This document shows positions 25,501 to 38,523 of a stretch of DNA of 64,000 bases, piece by piece. The translations under genes were made by a program, and so were the position numbers. Position 1 is the stretch's first letter; each line of letters begins with the position of its first letter. The notes under the pieces are model-generated. The model did no database searches. It worked only from the letters and a program-made list of their open reading frames with translations, and was not told the origin of the DNA. The stretch is from Octopus sinensis (Eukaryota), in the NCBI RefSeq assembly GCF_006345805.1, contig NC_043009.1, forward strand, positions 56,358,001 through 56,422,000, written 5' to 3'.

Positions 25501-27199
25501 TCATAGAAAAGACAATTCAATGCAAATTTTTAATTGTACATCATTTTATTTCACAGCTGTTAAACAGCATGCATTTGTTATGTCTACTGATCTTATTTTT
25601 GGTTCGTTAATTCAAATAAAAAGGAATGTACTGAAATTACTATCACAAAAACTTGACGATTCAAACATTTTCTGCCTATAAATACACATACATACATATA
25701 ATGAGAATAGCTACACACATGCATGAAAAAGAGACAGATTAATAAGATTCAATCCTTATTGAAAAAAAAGCTTGAATTTATTTCTTAGCCTACACAGCAA
25801 TCATTATCATGTTGCATACTATAGACACCAGTGCACACACACGCACATATATATATATATATACCCACAATGTCAAGTTATACACACACTGGCGTTTTAC
25901 TTGAACAGCTGCAGGAAAAACATTGGCAGGGAGCAATTTCAAATGGGCAACATTCTGACAGGGGAATGACTAGTTGAATGGGAGAGATCACAACATGGGT
26001 AAAAAGGGGAGGGGGTGACCAGGAGTTAAAGGAAGTATGGGACCAGCCATGTCTGAGGTGGAGAAGCCACTTAGTAGCAATTGCAGAAGGGCAAAGTGAG
26101 GAGACAGTATGTCTGTAGTCCACAGATTGGAGTGTGTTGGACTTTTACACACACATACACACAACATTTATTCAAACTTCAGTTATCACATCATTACTCT
26201 AAGTTTCTTGTTCATGTTCCTCAGGCAACTGAGGAATGGAAATGAGAAACTACAAATAGTGACTAACACCCACTCAAACTAACATTATTCCACTCTACTT
26301 AACAGAAATGAAAACTACTTCCACTTCAATACAAATTACTTCAGAGTGAATCTTTAATCATATATATCATTATGATGATATTCATCATCATCATCATTAT
26401 GTTTACGGTTGCTTTCTTCTATGCTAAGAGAAAGACGAGGCTTCTTAAAGTAATATTCTATGGTCAGATGCCTTTCCTGATGCTAACCCTTACTTTTTTT
26501 CCAAGTAAAATGCTTTGTGGTCTCCATATGTTAAACCATTGAGTTGTTAATGCTGGACATAAAAAAATACCACCACTAATCAAAGAACATCAATGTAAAT
26601 ACAGGTAGAGAAAAGCACACAAACCTTTACATCCTCATCCTTTAACATCTGTTTCTATGCAGACACAAGTTAGACAGTTTGACAGGATCCAGCTAGCTGC
26701 AGCACTGTATAATGTTCCAGTGTTATTGTCCAAGTTTTACTTACAAAACATTAGTCAAACTAAGGCTATAATAGAAGACACTTGCCAAAGGTACCATGAG
26801 CTCAAAACCATACATGTATGAAGTGAACTTGCTTACCACACAGCTATGTTAATGTATATTCTTACTGACAGCCATGTGTGTGTGTATATATACACACACA
26901 CACGCAGACACAGTGGAATGTTTTAATCAAGGCTTCTACAAAACATAAGCACATCTGAGTCTGATGTAGTAAACTAAAATAGAAAAACCTGTAGAGGTAT
27001 AGAAGTCAGGTGGTCAGTGATAAATATGAAAATACAAAATGAATTCAGTGAGAGAGAGAGAAACGAAGAATGAAAAATTATGCTTCAGAGCCTATGGCTG
27101 ATAGTCTGTACCCATACATATAGAACTTAGTATGTGACCAAATGTTTGGGTAGTAACCTTCAAACACTATAAGTCCCAGACAAATAATAATAATAATAA

Positions 27200-27365
27200 T
27201 CCTTTCTACTCTAGGCACAACGCCTGAAATTTTGAGGAGGGGATTGTCGATTACATTGACCCCAGAGTTTCACTGGTACTTAATTTATCAACCCTGAAAG
27301 GATGAAAGGCAAAGTTGACCTCGGTGGAATTTAAACTCAACATAAAGACAGACAAAATACCACTA
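27200..27365 (-). mobile_element. SINE family A, 5'-truncated
   Basis: Core match GGATGAAAGGCAAAGTTGACCTCGG. Confidence 0.75.
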
Positions 27366-28371
27366 ATATAATAATAATCATAATAAACTTCAATCTATGA
27401 GCAGGTTAGTAAATACAGGTAAGTCATTACTTGAAGTTCAACATGTTAATTTACAGGAATATTGTTGCCTAAATACCAAATAGGTTACCTTAAAGAATAG
27501 CCTGCTACATTATTGGAGAGGTTCCAAAAATATAAAGAAATAAATACACATAAACTCACACAGAACATATACATATAAAAAGTACACATGTACATACACA
27601 CATCAAAAGATATGTGTGCGCATGTGTGGCTGCATAGACTTGTATGTACTTAAACAAAGAGGCTTAGAGAGAGGAGAGAGAAAGAGAGCAAAACCATGAG
27701 AGCTCTGTTGGTGCTATTGAAAAATTGAAGTGCATTAAATAAATTTTCTATGAATTGTCTGTTTGATGAAATGAGATTTCAACATTTGTACATTTAATAA
27801 TATTCAGCCAAATGCTTTTGAAGATATTTCTTACAACCAACTGTTATACAGCATGAAAGCAGGAAGCAGAGTTTACATTTAGAAAAGTAGCTATGATTCT
27901 GTGTAATTGATATTAGTATTATTTCAGTTTTGATTAGCTTTTAAATGAAAATATTTTACTGACTTGAAGCAAAATCTTATCAGTAGTGCTATATATATAT
28001 ATATATATATGAGAGAAAGAGAGAGAGAGAGAGGTATTTTGCATCAGAATTTCTATACTGGCATAAGTGAGACATTTTCAGTTGCTGTTGTTGTCCAAGA
28101 ATATACACTTATACAGCCGGATGCTCTTCCTACTCTTAACCAGTGAATCCTGAGGTAGAAACTGTTAATGGCTAGTTGCTGTAGAAAGATCTGAATGAAA
28201 AAACCATCTGGTTAATAGTCCAGCAACTTAGCCACAAACATTGTGTGCCATTTTAACCATTTTAACATTTTGATTCCAGTGTATGCTGTTTATAAATTAC
28301 AAATAGCTTGTTCATCTCTTCCATTGCTAAACGTACAAAAAATTAAAGAAAGAGAAAAAGCTGAAAAAGAA

Positions 28372-28393
28372 AACATTGTGGAATGCATTTATT
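28372..28393 (-). terminator. Probable Rab30 polyadenylation site (3' UTR ~1.75 kb)
   Basis: Minus-strand AATAAA (plus TTTATT 28388-28393), a CA about 10-15 nt downstream, then a long U-rich tract (plus A-rich ~28330-28372). Confidence 0.55.
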
Positions 28394-30132
28394 TTCATTT
28401 TGAATTTGTACTCTTGTTTGACTTTTAATTCTTGCTAATTTACAATTTCATTTTTATATATTTGACTTAGAAAGGAAAAAAGTAAATCATTTTGAAAAAT
28501 AAATAAATAAAATTTAAGAATATCTAATAATGGATTTCTTATTTGGTACCAAGCCATAAATTCGTAAATAATTTAATCCTCTCATGACTGTATTTCTCAT
28601 GAAATACACAGGCCACGTTTCAACTAATTGGAAAAACCATCTAGAATTTAGCAAAAGGAATTTTATCACGTTTCCAATATTAAGATAATTTTTGGAACAT
28701 AGCATAACAAATGTTTCTAACTTAAAATTATGATGGAAGGATCTTTTTTATATAATTAATTCAAATATGAACATTTTGGAATTAGATAATTTGAATCATA
28801 AAATCAGAGGCAATTCCAGGCCAGTTAGTATGAAAAGGGATTAATTCTCTCAACAATACATTACTGGTACTTGGCTTATTGATTCCCAGAGGTATGAAAG
28901 GCAAAGTCAATCCCAGAATATAAAGGGATGTAACTAAATACAAGGTATTTAGTTGAGTCATGGAATTTTTAAAAAATAAAACAGGTGAATTGTGATCTTT
29001 CAGACAGAGCCAGTCTTTGAATTTTATTAAGGGTTTTTTTCCCCCTAATGCAGACCATCACTACTTTCCTCAAACTTTATATTTTTGTTTTATTATTATT
29101 TCAGTACTTTACTATTTCTGCCACTCTATGGCCTTTAAGACTTCTAAATTATTAACAGAAAAAAAAAAAAAAAAACTTATTTTAAAGACTCATTATAAAT
29201 TAAGAGTAAATTATTACATTTTTTTGCTCATAACAAATTTTTCATCCGGTGCCTATTTTTCCATTATGACAAAGTAGTCAGGTCTACAAATCCAACTGTT
29301 TATGTGCATGATTACTTTAGAAAAAACTTTTTTTTTTGCATGTCTGGTTGCTCTCCTTAATATCTAGCTATTGTGTCATATAATGAGAGCAATACACACT
29401 TTCATGCTAGCTAGTCATATGCATTTCCAAGTTTACAACACAAATATTTGAACTCACGACCAATAGTTCAGTAACCACTTACCACAATCCTTCTGTCGTT
29501 ATTTCACACTGTCAAAATATAACAATCTATATTAATGATAGAAATTTTTCATGAGTTATACAAGAACTTTTAAATGAAGCAACATCATTTAGTTTTTATC
29601 AACTATTTCTAAATTGTTATACATGCCAGCTTCCTATTGTTAGGTGTAGATATTCAAAAGAATCATATAAATAAGATTTAGTAGTAGGAGATACAAAATA
29701 ACTTAGTACCTTTAGATACTATACTGAAAATAGCACTAATGTGGTATATGAGTATGTTTGTGTATATCTGTATATCTATATATATAGCAGATGTGTTTTT
29801 TTCATTATGTTGTTACTAAAATGTGAAGCAAATAATACCAATGCAATTTCAGTAATAGGTTGCTGGCAAGATATCACAGTGGAAAAAAAAAAAACAGCTT
29901 TAGTAAGGAGTTATTATATTACAGCTAAGAAATATATTTCACTCCAGATTACATATATCAAAAGAAGGGCAAACAGACATCCCTGCAGAAATCCTCATCT
30001 AAACAGGATTTTTAGGTGAGGAAATAACATAAAAAGGACATTGTAAATGATAATTAGGGAACATAAAAAACAAATCTTATTGGGTCTAATAGAACTGATG
30101 GATTGAGGAGGTTTCAGAACAATATATAAAAT

Positions 30133-30383
30133 TTAAGCTTGACAACAACTGTAGCTAGATACTGGAGTTGTCTCCCCAGAGGGAAACGCTTTGTTATTAT
30201 GAGGCCGAAGTTCATGAGCTTTAGCTTGTTTCGTCAGTTCTCGTGCAATATCAAAAAATAACTTTTCAACATTGTCAGCTTCTTTTGCTGATGTTTCCAA
30301 GAAAGTCATCTCATAACGATTTGCAAATTGTTCTCCTATTGTAGTAGGTATTTCTCTGCGATTTATCTGATCAATTTTGTTAC
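30133..30383 (-). CDS. RAB30: Rab30 coding exon 4 (GNKID...ETSAKE...SSYSCCQA*)
   Basis: Not in the ORF track; translated by hand. Acceptor TTTGTAG, G4 NKID, G5 ETSAK, C-terminal CC prenylation motif, TAA at 30133-30135. The four exons total 87+84+184+251=606 nt (201 aa). Confidence 0.96.
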
Positions 30384-30523
30384 CTACAAAGATAAAGGAA
30401 AAGAAAAAACAAAAAAATCAACTCTTATACAATAAAGATATTTTCTTAAATTTAGTAGCATAAAAAATATTTCATAAGCAATATTAAATACACAAGACAT
30501 TCTTGAGCTGCCAACATTTAATC

Positions 30524-30900
30524 CAATAGGGTGTAAAGAGCACCATTCAAGCGTGAGCATTGCCAGAGCAGCTATCTGGCCTCCATGCTGGTGGCACGTA
30601 AAAGACACCATTTGAGCATGATTGTTACTAGTATCACCTTACTGTCACCTGTGCTGGTGGCATGTGTAAAAGATTCAAGCAAGGTCGTTGCCAGTACTGC
30701 CCGACTAAACCCATGCCAGTGGCACGTAAAAGCACCCACTACACTCTCGGAGTGGTTGGCGTTAGGAAGGGCATCCAGCTGTAGAAACTCTGCCAGATCA
30801 AGATTGAAGCCTGGTGCAACCATCTGGTTCGCCAGCCCTCAGTCAAATCGTCCAACCCATGCTAGCATGGAAAGCGGACGTTAAACGATGATGATGATGA
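30524..30900 (+). mobile_element. Retroposon family C, long copy in Rab30 intron 3
   Basis: Three internal GGTGGCACGTAAAAG-like repeats and a (GAT)n tail. Confidence 0.85.
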
Positions 30901-31513
30901 ATTGTAATACCAAATCATTATCTGCAGCCACTTCTTTATCTCTTGTTTGTTTCATTGTTTAACGTCCACTTTTTCATGCTTGCATGGGTTGGACAGAGTT
31001 TATTGAGATTTTCAATGGGGAGATATGCTTTTGCAAAATATTGGAAATGAATTACACTCATGTATGACAACTATGACACAGTGTCAAGACAACAAGACAT
31101 GCACACGGGTACACACAACCTCCAAATCCTTTTGAACTTCCTCAACAAAAAATAGTCTAGTCATTCAGATGAATTAATCATTTTATGCTAAATTTTTATA
31201 GCAACAAATATATTTTATCAATCAGGACAAACATCCCGGAACGTTGTATTTGGCATAAAAATGTTTCTTTTCCAATTCTCTTTTAACAATTAAAAAGATA
31301 AATAAATAAATCAGGGCTGTATTGGTGTTTTCCTACCATCTATTTTGTTAAAGAATTGGAAGAAATATTTAATATGTTCACATTTCTGAAGAAATACAGT
31401 TCTAAATTTTAGTGGCTCTGGCAAATATTTAAGAATTTTAAAGCAATGCTTTGTGAGTAGAATTGGCAGATCCATCTGCCAATGGAAATCTATGGAAGGC
31501 TGTTACATATATA

Positions 31514-31638
31514 TCATCATCATCACTTAACGTCCGCTTTCCATGCTGGCATGGGTTGGACAGTTTGACTGGGGACTAGTGAACCAGATGGCTGCACCAG
31601 GCTCCAATCTGATCTGGCAGAGTTTCTACAGCTGGATA
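31514..31638 (-). mobile_element. Retroposon family C, 3' end, inverted relative to 30524-30900
   Basis: Close reverse complement of ~30775-30900. Confidence 0.85.
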
Positions 31639-31658
31639 TATATATATATATATTATAT

Positions 31659-31693
<35 letters not shown>

Positions 31694-32357
31694 CACATAC
31701 ACACAGATAGACAGACAAATATAGATATATTAAATACAACAAATTTTTGATTCATTAAGATTATCACTCCTCCAGAGGATGTATCATTATTACCAAATGG
31801 CAATTAAGACAAGTTTCATTTGAGAAACAGACAATTTCCAGATTCAAAAATTCTCCAAAATTTCCATGCCATTAACGAAAAGGACAGGTTTATTGTCTGG
31901 AAATAAGAGGACAGTTGTGGACATGTATTTCTGATTTTGATAGGCATCATCAGCATAACAATTGTCCTGTTCTATCTCCAGTAACCAAGGGACTTATACA
32001 AAATGAGTAGAAAATATATATTTGTGTGAGCACGCATGCACACACACACGTTTAAGGAACATTTTAATCTAGACAATTTCAAAGCTGAAAGTTTGTATCA
32101 CAGAACCAGCAGCAGTTTCAGGTGGGTTGGTATCAAAAGCATTAAAGAGTGATTTGGAACAATTTAATCATCTGAGAGCAATGACTGCTTCTAGGCATAA
32201 CAGTGCTTGAATTTATATTTATTATACACATTGTTAGTTTTAAGCTAATGCTATTCCAAGTGCATATACTGATAGAATTTCATATATTCCATCAAACATT
32301 TTAAGGTTTCATATTGATACATTTGGTTCAGCCTGAATTTTGTAAGAAAGTCTAGTT

Positions 32358-34215
32358 GATTGTTTTACTAGTGCTCTGGACACTGAAGACTTTCACTGAT
32401 AGTAATGTTTGGTTATAACTTCAGGCTCCTTGGTTAGAGTTTTTCTGTAACTTCTTGGTTCATTCTTTAATCAATATTAAATTACTAAAGTGCTACCCAT
32501 CATATGACATAACTTTTGAAGTATACTTTTTGCCACCCTGGTTAATATTAGGAAGTATGGCATACATACACTAAAATATAATTTAACTTTTATCAAATCA
32601 CAGTATATTCATATTTTTCATTCTACTGGCTGTAGAGGGATGAAAGGCAAAGTTGACTAAGGCTGGTTAGGAATTAAGAACTGAAAGTAATAAAAAAAAC
32701 AAAAAAAAAACTAACAGTACAACAAAACTAAATATTGCCGTGTATTCAGCTGTCTTGTTCCCATTACCGTCAGTAATACTCCAACCAATAAAGGTCACTG
32801 GCTTTGCTCCACAATTTTCAGACTAATCAACACCTCACTTAAACCCTTCTTTCACATTTTTAGCCTGCCCTTTAATATGCTTAGTTATATTGTATAACTC
32901 ACATTCCTTTCACTCAGCACTAGGTGGAATCCTAAATTCCACCCATGAACATTTTTTTTTCCAGTCTTCTTCAACACAGCAACAACTGAATATAACCTCT
33001 CTGACACTTCCATAATAAAGAGAAACAAAGGTTACTTAGCAGCTGTGTCATAAATAAAGCAGTGATTTCTTTGTAAACAAATCTGTAACATGAAAATTTA
33101 GATTAATATCTTTGTTGCTCACTCATTCAGAACTATATTGTGTATACTTTAATAGGATTATTATGATAGTTTTACATTCTAAAATAAACTGAATTCATTT
33201 CAACATTGTTTTGTTAAAAGTCCTCTTATCATCCAAAAATCCTGTCATCAAATATGTCACCTTTGACTTCAATGCTGCTTATGAAGGCCATGTTTTTTCA
33301 AGAACAGATTTCCCTTGTATGGAATAGCTCAATATAATTCTATTCTTTTAAATCAATTGATAACTTTTTGTTAGCTTTTAGGACCATATGCAAAGAAACA
33401 ATAGTTAACAATGAAGTTTTTGTACTGATGCTTAAACTAGATGTCATTTGTTGATTGAAGAACATGTATTTTTTTCAATGGTAGTATTGTTCTGTTAATG
33501 AGATTGCATATACAGAGTTAAAGAATTAAAATTTAAAATGATAACAATCTCACAATTATGGCAGCGTCATTCTTAATTTCTATGTATGAAGGAGCTATTA
33601 TCAAAAATAAGATTAATGTGACAGACTAAGATCAAAGTCTATGTGGATAATCAGAAAACATAGTCATCACCACATCATCATATTTCATTTTGAAACTTTT
33701 ACTAACAAATTCATAATTGTCTGTTTGTGAAGAGAAATCTCTATATAATAATCAATATAAATGTTGGTTGACTGGTTCATTTCTCCAGTCATGTTTTACA
33801 TCAGAGAAAGAGGGGGCAAACAAGAAATGCAGAGAGGTGCAGGATGATTGGAGAGAAAGAATCATAGGAGGGGTGGAGAATGAGGAAGAGAGGGAGTAAA
33901 TGACAGAAGTTATGGGAGGAGCTATACAAATGAGAAATTTGTTTTAATTTTATTTTTAAATAAATATTTTGTATAAGTAGCCAAAAATTTTATAAAAGTT
34001 AAATTATATTTTATTGTATGTATGCCATGCTTCCTGATATTAGCCAGGGTGGCAAAATATATGCTTCAAAAGTTATGTCATATGTTGGGTAGCACTTTAG
34101 TAATTTAATATTCATTAAAGAATGAATCAAGCAGTTACATAAAAAGCTTTGCCCGAAAAGCCTGAAGTTATATCATTAAGAGTCTTCAATGTCCAGTAGT
34201 ACTAGGAAAATAATC
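32358..34215. repeat. Long inverted repeat: arms 32358-32593 and 33991-34215, ~1.4-kb spacer, in Rab30 intron 3
   Basis: Core 32461-32593 vs 33991-34124 differs at about 9 of 133 positions (hand alignment); the outer part is more diverged, with a 12-nt indel. Confidence 0.9.
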
Positions 34216-34797
34216 TTCCCTAATTTAAATAAAGAATTATGCCAGATGCTCCTTGGATAGTGCTATCAATGACTGAAAATGGTAAACTAACAAAATACAA
34301 TGTAATTAACAGTATAAATAACCAGAAACTGAAGACTGTGTTTTACTTAAGTGGCTCAGTAGAAAATTGTTTTACATGAGGAAATTTAGTACTGAAAGTG
34401 AAAACACAACCAAATGACTATATAAAACAAGTACACAATTAACAGGATTGCTATCACTGCTGACGTGAAAGATAAAATAAATGGTAAAATTGTAAAATAT
34501 ATACTAACAAAAAAATAATAAATAATAAAAACATGGCCAAAGCAAGTAGCATATCTATAATGACTAATGAGAAATAAATTGTATAAGATTGATTAGATAA
34601 TATGAACATAGAGAGAGATTTAGGGCCACTGAGTTGAAAAAGTAAAAATGAAAAAGCCAGTATATTCAAGCTGTTAAAAATTACATATATGTATACACTC
34701 ACACAACATCATTTTAACATCTACTTTTCCATACTTAGATGAAATTCACTAAGGCAGATTTTCATCTGTTCCCAAGCAAGGTAATATTTCTTCAGTG

Positions 34798-35217
34798 GAA
34801 TTCTGCCTTAAGCACACCATATAACCCCCTCATAATTTTTTTATTTTTTGGAAATTTCAGAGAATTTTTCCAAATTTGTGTTCTACATACAGGAAATCAC
34901 ATGATTATAAAAAGATTTTTTGTAACTTTATGAAATTGGCTTTAATGGAAGCAATAGACCATTAAATGTATTTATGAGGAGAAAGATATTCAAAAACAGA
35001 TATTCAAACAAGGAGGGTATGAGGAGGTCATCATGAGATGTGTTAAAAATAACAGCTAAACAGCCCTTAAATCATGCAGCAGTTTTTCTATTCTTAGTTT
35101 TTGCATAATCTAATGAATTCCTGCATACAGAAGACACATCCACAAAAAATTTTCTGAAAATTCCAATAAGTAAAAAAAGGTTATGAGGGTTTACAGGGTG
35201 TGCTCAAAGCAGAATTC
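34798..35217. mobile_element. MITE-like element with ~100-bp diverged TIRs and a SINE-like fragment in the centre
   Basis: GAATTCTGCCTTAAGCACACC... vs ...GGTGTGCTCAAAGCAGAATTC; TSD not resolved. Confidence 0.6.
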
Positions 35218-36679
35218 TGCTGTTTTCTCTCCTTCTTAGAGAAGTACAATAGCTGTACATGTTTTTTACTAAGAGTTAACTATTAAAACACTTGAGTGAA
35301 CCAGATACACTGACGCAAGTAGAGTTATGTACTTTGCTCATGGACACAACCTAATGGCTATAATCATTGATCCCACCAAGATTAGTAATACTACACTTTT
35401 AACACCTTAGATATTGTGCATCATTATCCATGGTATATTCATTGAACTGTTTATAGACAAGCACAAATGTTGCATCTGGCAGGCTTGATAATTGTTGAGA
35501 GTTCTCTTAGCATGAAACCAATAGTAGCTTTGTTAACCACAAATAGAGAACATTTATCCATCAATGCAGTGTTGAGCACTCATCCTCACTGTTCAATATT
35601 AACGTGTGTGTGTGTGTGTTGAGACTACAACAGAAGAAACTTGCTCCAGGCGTTACACAATGAGAGAACTCAAAACTACATGATTATAAAGCAAATCTAA
35701 TAACCACACAACCATGCCTGTGCCTGTTTGTAAGATATATTAAAAAAATTTTTCACAAGTAACAAAACTTATGAATGAATGTATTATCAACATCATTATC
35801 ATCCTTTATTCCATGCTTGCACAGATTGGATGCATTTCAAAGCATCAATTTTAGCACCTTTTCAAATTCAATATCTTTACCACTCGTGGACATGTTTATT
35901 AAGTCAAAAGCAGTGCAAAATCCATGACTCTCGGAAATACTTTCTCACACAGAGAATTATTGAAGTACCAAGTACACTCTGTAAAGTGGCTGGTGTCAGG
36001 AAGGGCATCCAGCCAAAGAAACCATGCCACAATCCTCCAAATAATCAGATCCTGTCCAACCTTCCAACCCATGCCAGCATTGAAGCTGGGCATTAAATGA
36101 ATTTTTTAAAAACACTTTGACATGTAAATGCATATTTCATGTTTAATCTAACTGTCACCAAAGAAATAAAATTTAGGCATTCAATTCTGTTATCATCCTT
36201 CTCACTGAAATCTTATGTTATTTAAAAGTAAGTCACTCAAACTTATCTGTTAAATTTTTCACCCAACACCAAAACTATTCACTGAGTATCAAGAATTTCT
36301 ATTATTAATAATAATTAAGGTAGCAGACATGCTTTAAATAATACTTTATAACAAACTGAAGTGAAACATTTACTAAAGATAGTCTTTTCACTTTTCACAG
36401 AAAAAAAATGTTTACAAAAGATTTTCTTGTTGACAGAAAAAAATCTTTAAAAAATGGAAAGACACTCGAAAGAAAAACATTTCACTCATTAAAAGATGTA
36501 CTGCTACCAGAATTGCTAGTAATTCTTGTTGGGTTAATGCTTTCTAAGAAGGATATTTCAATTAATTAAGAAGTTTTGTTAGCATAGAGCATTCATTAGA
36601 TCACTTTTTGATTTGATAATTAAATGATTTGAAAAGAAAAACATAATTAATGCTCCAAGTACAAATAATTAAAACTTAC

Positions 36680-36863
36680 CAACTAAATAAGTTAACACTT
36701 TGCTGTTAGTATGAGTTTCGATTTCATTTATCCATTGGATAAGACTGTCATAAGATGCTTGGCAGCAAACATCGTAAACGACAATAAGAGCATTTGCGGA
36801 TCTGTAGTATGACTGAGTAATGGAACGGAATCGCTCCTGGCCAGCAGTATCCCATATCTGCAG
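36680..36863 (-). CDS. RAB30: Rab30 coding exon 3 (LQIWDTAGQERFRSITQSYYRSANALIVVYDVCCQASYDSLIQWINEIETHTNSKVLTYLV+G)
   Basis: WDTAGQERF G3 motif and RabF motifs. Acceptor TTTACAG, donor G|GTAAGT, 184 nt, phase 0/1. Confidence 0.97.
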
Positions 36864-37537
36864 CTGTAAATGATAAATTATAAACATTACACAAAAGAAA
36901 TGGAAATTTCATTAGTTTAAGATTCTCTGTGAAATACATTTTATGCTGGATTAATGAAAAAAAAAAAAAAAACCATAGCTGTTACTCAGAATTAAGGCTG
37001 ACTTGGCAGCATGTACCATGCTTTTGCTAATTGTTTTAGCGACACATGTACTCACAAGTAGATACATACTCTTTTGGTCTCTCCACCCATGACCCAGCAA
37101 AACATCCAAGATGAGATAACTAGAGAAAGAGATGGCTGTCCTAGCACTAGACTGATACTTATTTCAGCTGAATATAATGAACCAGCCTTCCATAGTGCCA
37201 CAGTGTGCTATGCAACCTAAGTATCGAAACCATAAACTTATGATTGTCAGTTCACTCCCACACCAGGTCACATGGTAATCATTCAATGTCAACAGGCAAA
37301 GAAATCTAATAGTAACACTTATGTTTTTCAAAGGACTATTTTACATAATTTTAAATACAATTTTATATTTTGATATCAATTTCAGTTTTGAGATATTGAT
37401 TTCAAATATTCATTTCAAACCTTTACTAAATGATAAATAACTATATATAAACTGTGTATGTCACTTAATTTGATGAAATTCTTTTAAATTGGAATTAATC
37501 TAATTTCACTTATATCAACTTCAATACTTATTTTAGT

Positions 37538-37755
37538 CTAAGGCGGCGAACTGGCAGAAATGCAAGCATGCGGGGCGAAATGCTTAGAGTTATTTCATCT
37601 GCCCTTATGTTCTGAGTTCAAATTCCACCAAGGTCCACTTTTGCCTTTCATCTTTTCAGGGTCGATAAATTGAGTACCAGTTGCATACTGGGGTCGATCT
37701 AATCAACTGGCCCCCCTCCCTAAAATTTTGAGCCCTGTGCCTTGAGTAGAAAAGA
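37538..37755 (+). mobile_element. SINE family A in Rab30 intron 2
   Basis: Full head-core-tail match. Confidence 0.85.
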
Positions 37756-38169
37756 AAACTTATTTTAGTCTAGCACTTATTTTGTTAATTTCTGTTTGCC
37801 AAGACACTATGTTATGGGACATAAAGAGACACAACACAGACATAAACATTGTACATGTGTTTTATCTTTTACTTGTATCATTGAAACTGTGGCCAAGTGG
37901 GGGTACCACCTTGAGGGATTCAGTCAAACAAATCAACCCCTGTACATATTTCTAAGTTATTCTATCCATCTCTTTCGTCAAACTATTAAGTTACACAGAC
38001 ATAAACAAACCAACAGCACTTGTCAAATGAGGGCAGGAGACAAACATACACATATATACATGTGTGTGATGTGCTTCAACGTAGCTTCAATGTACCAAAT
38101 TCACTCACAAGGCATTGTCTGGACTGGAGGTATTGTACAAGACACTTGACCAAGGTGCCACACAATAGT

Positions 38170-38523
38170 ACTCTTTTACTTGTTTCAGTCATTTGACTGC
38201 AGCCATGCTAGAGCACTGCCTCTAATCGAGCAACCTGACCCCGGGACTTATTCTTTTATAAGCCCAGTACTTATTCTATCAGTCTCTTTTGCTGAACCGC
38301 TAAGTAACGGGGACATAAACACACCAGCGTCGGTTGTCAAGCAATGCTAGGGGGACAAACACACACATGCATATATATACGTCTACCAAATCCACTCACA
38401 AGGCTTTGGTCAGCCCGAGGCTATAGTAGAAGACACTTGCCCAAGGTGCCATGCAGTGGGACTGAACCCAGAACCATGTGGTTGGTAAACAAGCTACTTA
38501 CCACACAGCCACTCCTGTGCCTA
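38170..38523 (-). mobile_element. SINE family B, internally deleted, abutting or nested in an older B copy (~37880-38169)
   Basis: High similarity to 16484-16890. Confidence 0.85.

Noticed and set aside
26167-26228. Minus-strand acceptor + LPEEHEQET* + AATAAA
   Set aside because: Short; phase 0 does not fit Rab30 exon 3; no UTR-like extension. Such pseudo-exons are frequent in this DNA.
27410-27460. Perfect CAG|GTAAGT donor followed by TTTACAG
   Set aside because: Only ~38 nt apart, too short for an intron; antisense to the local gene; probably repeat-derived.
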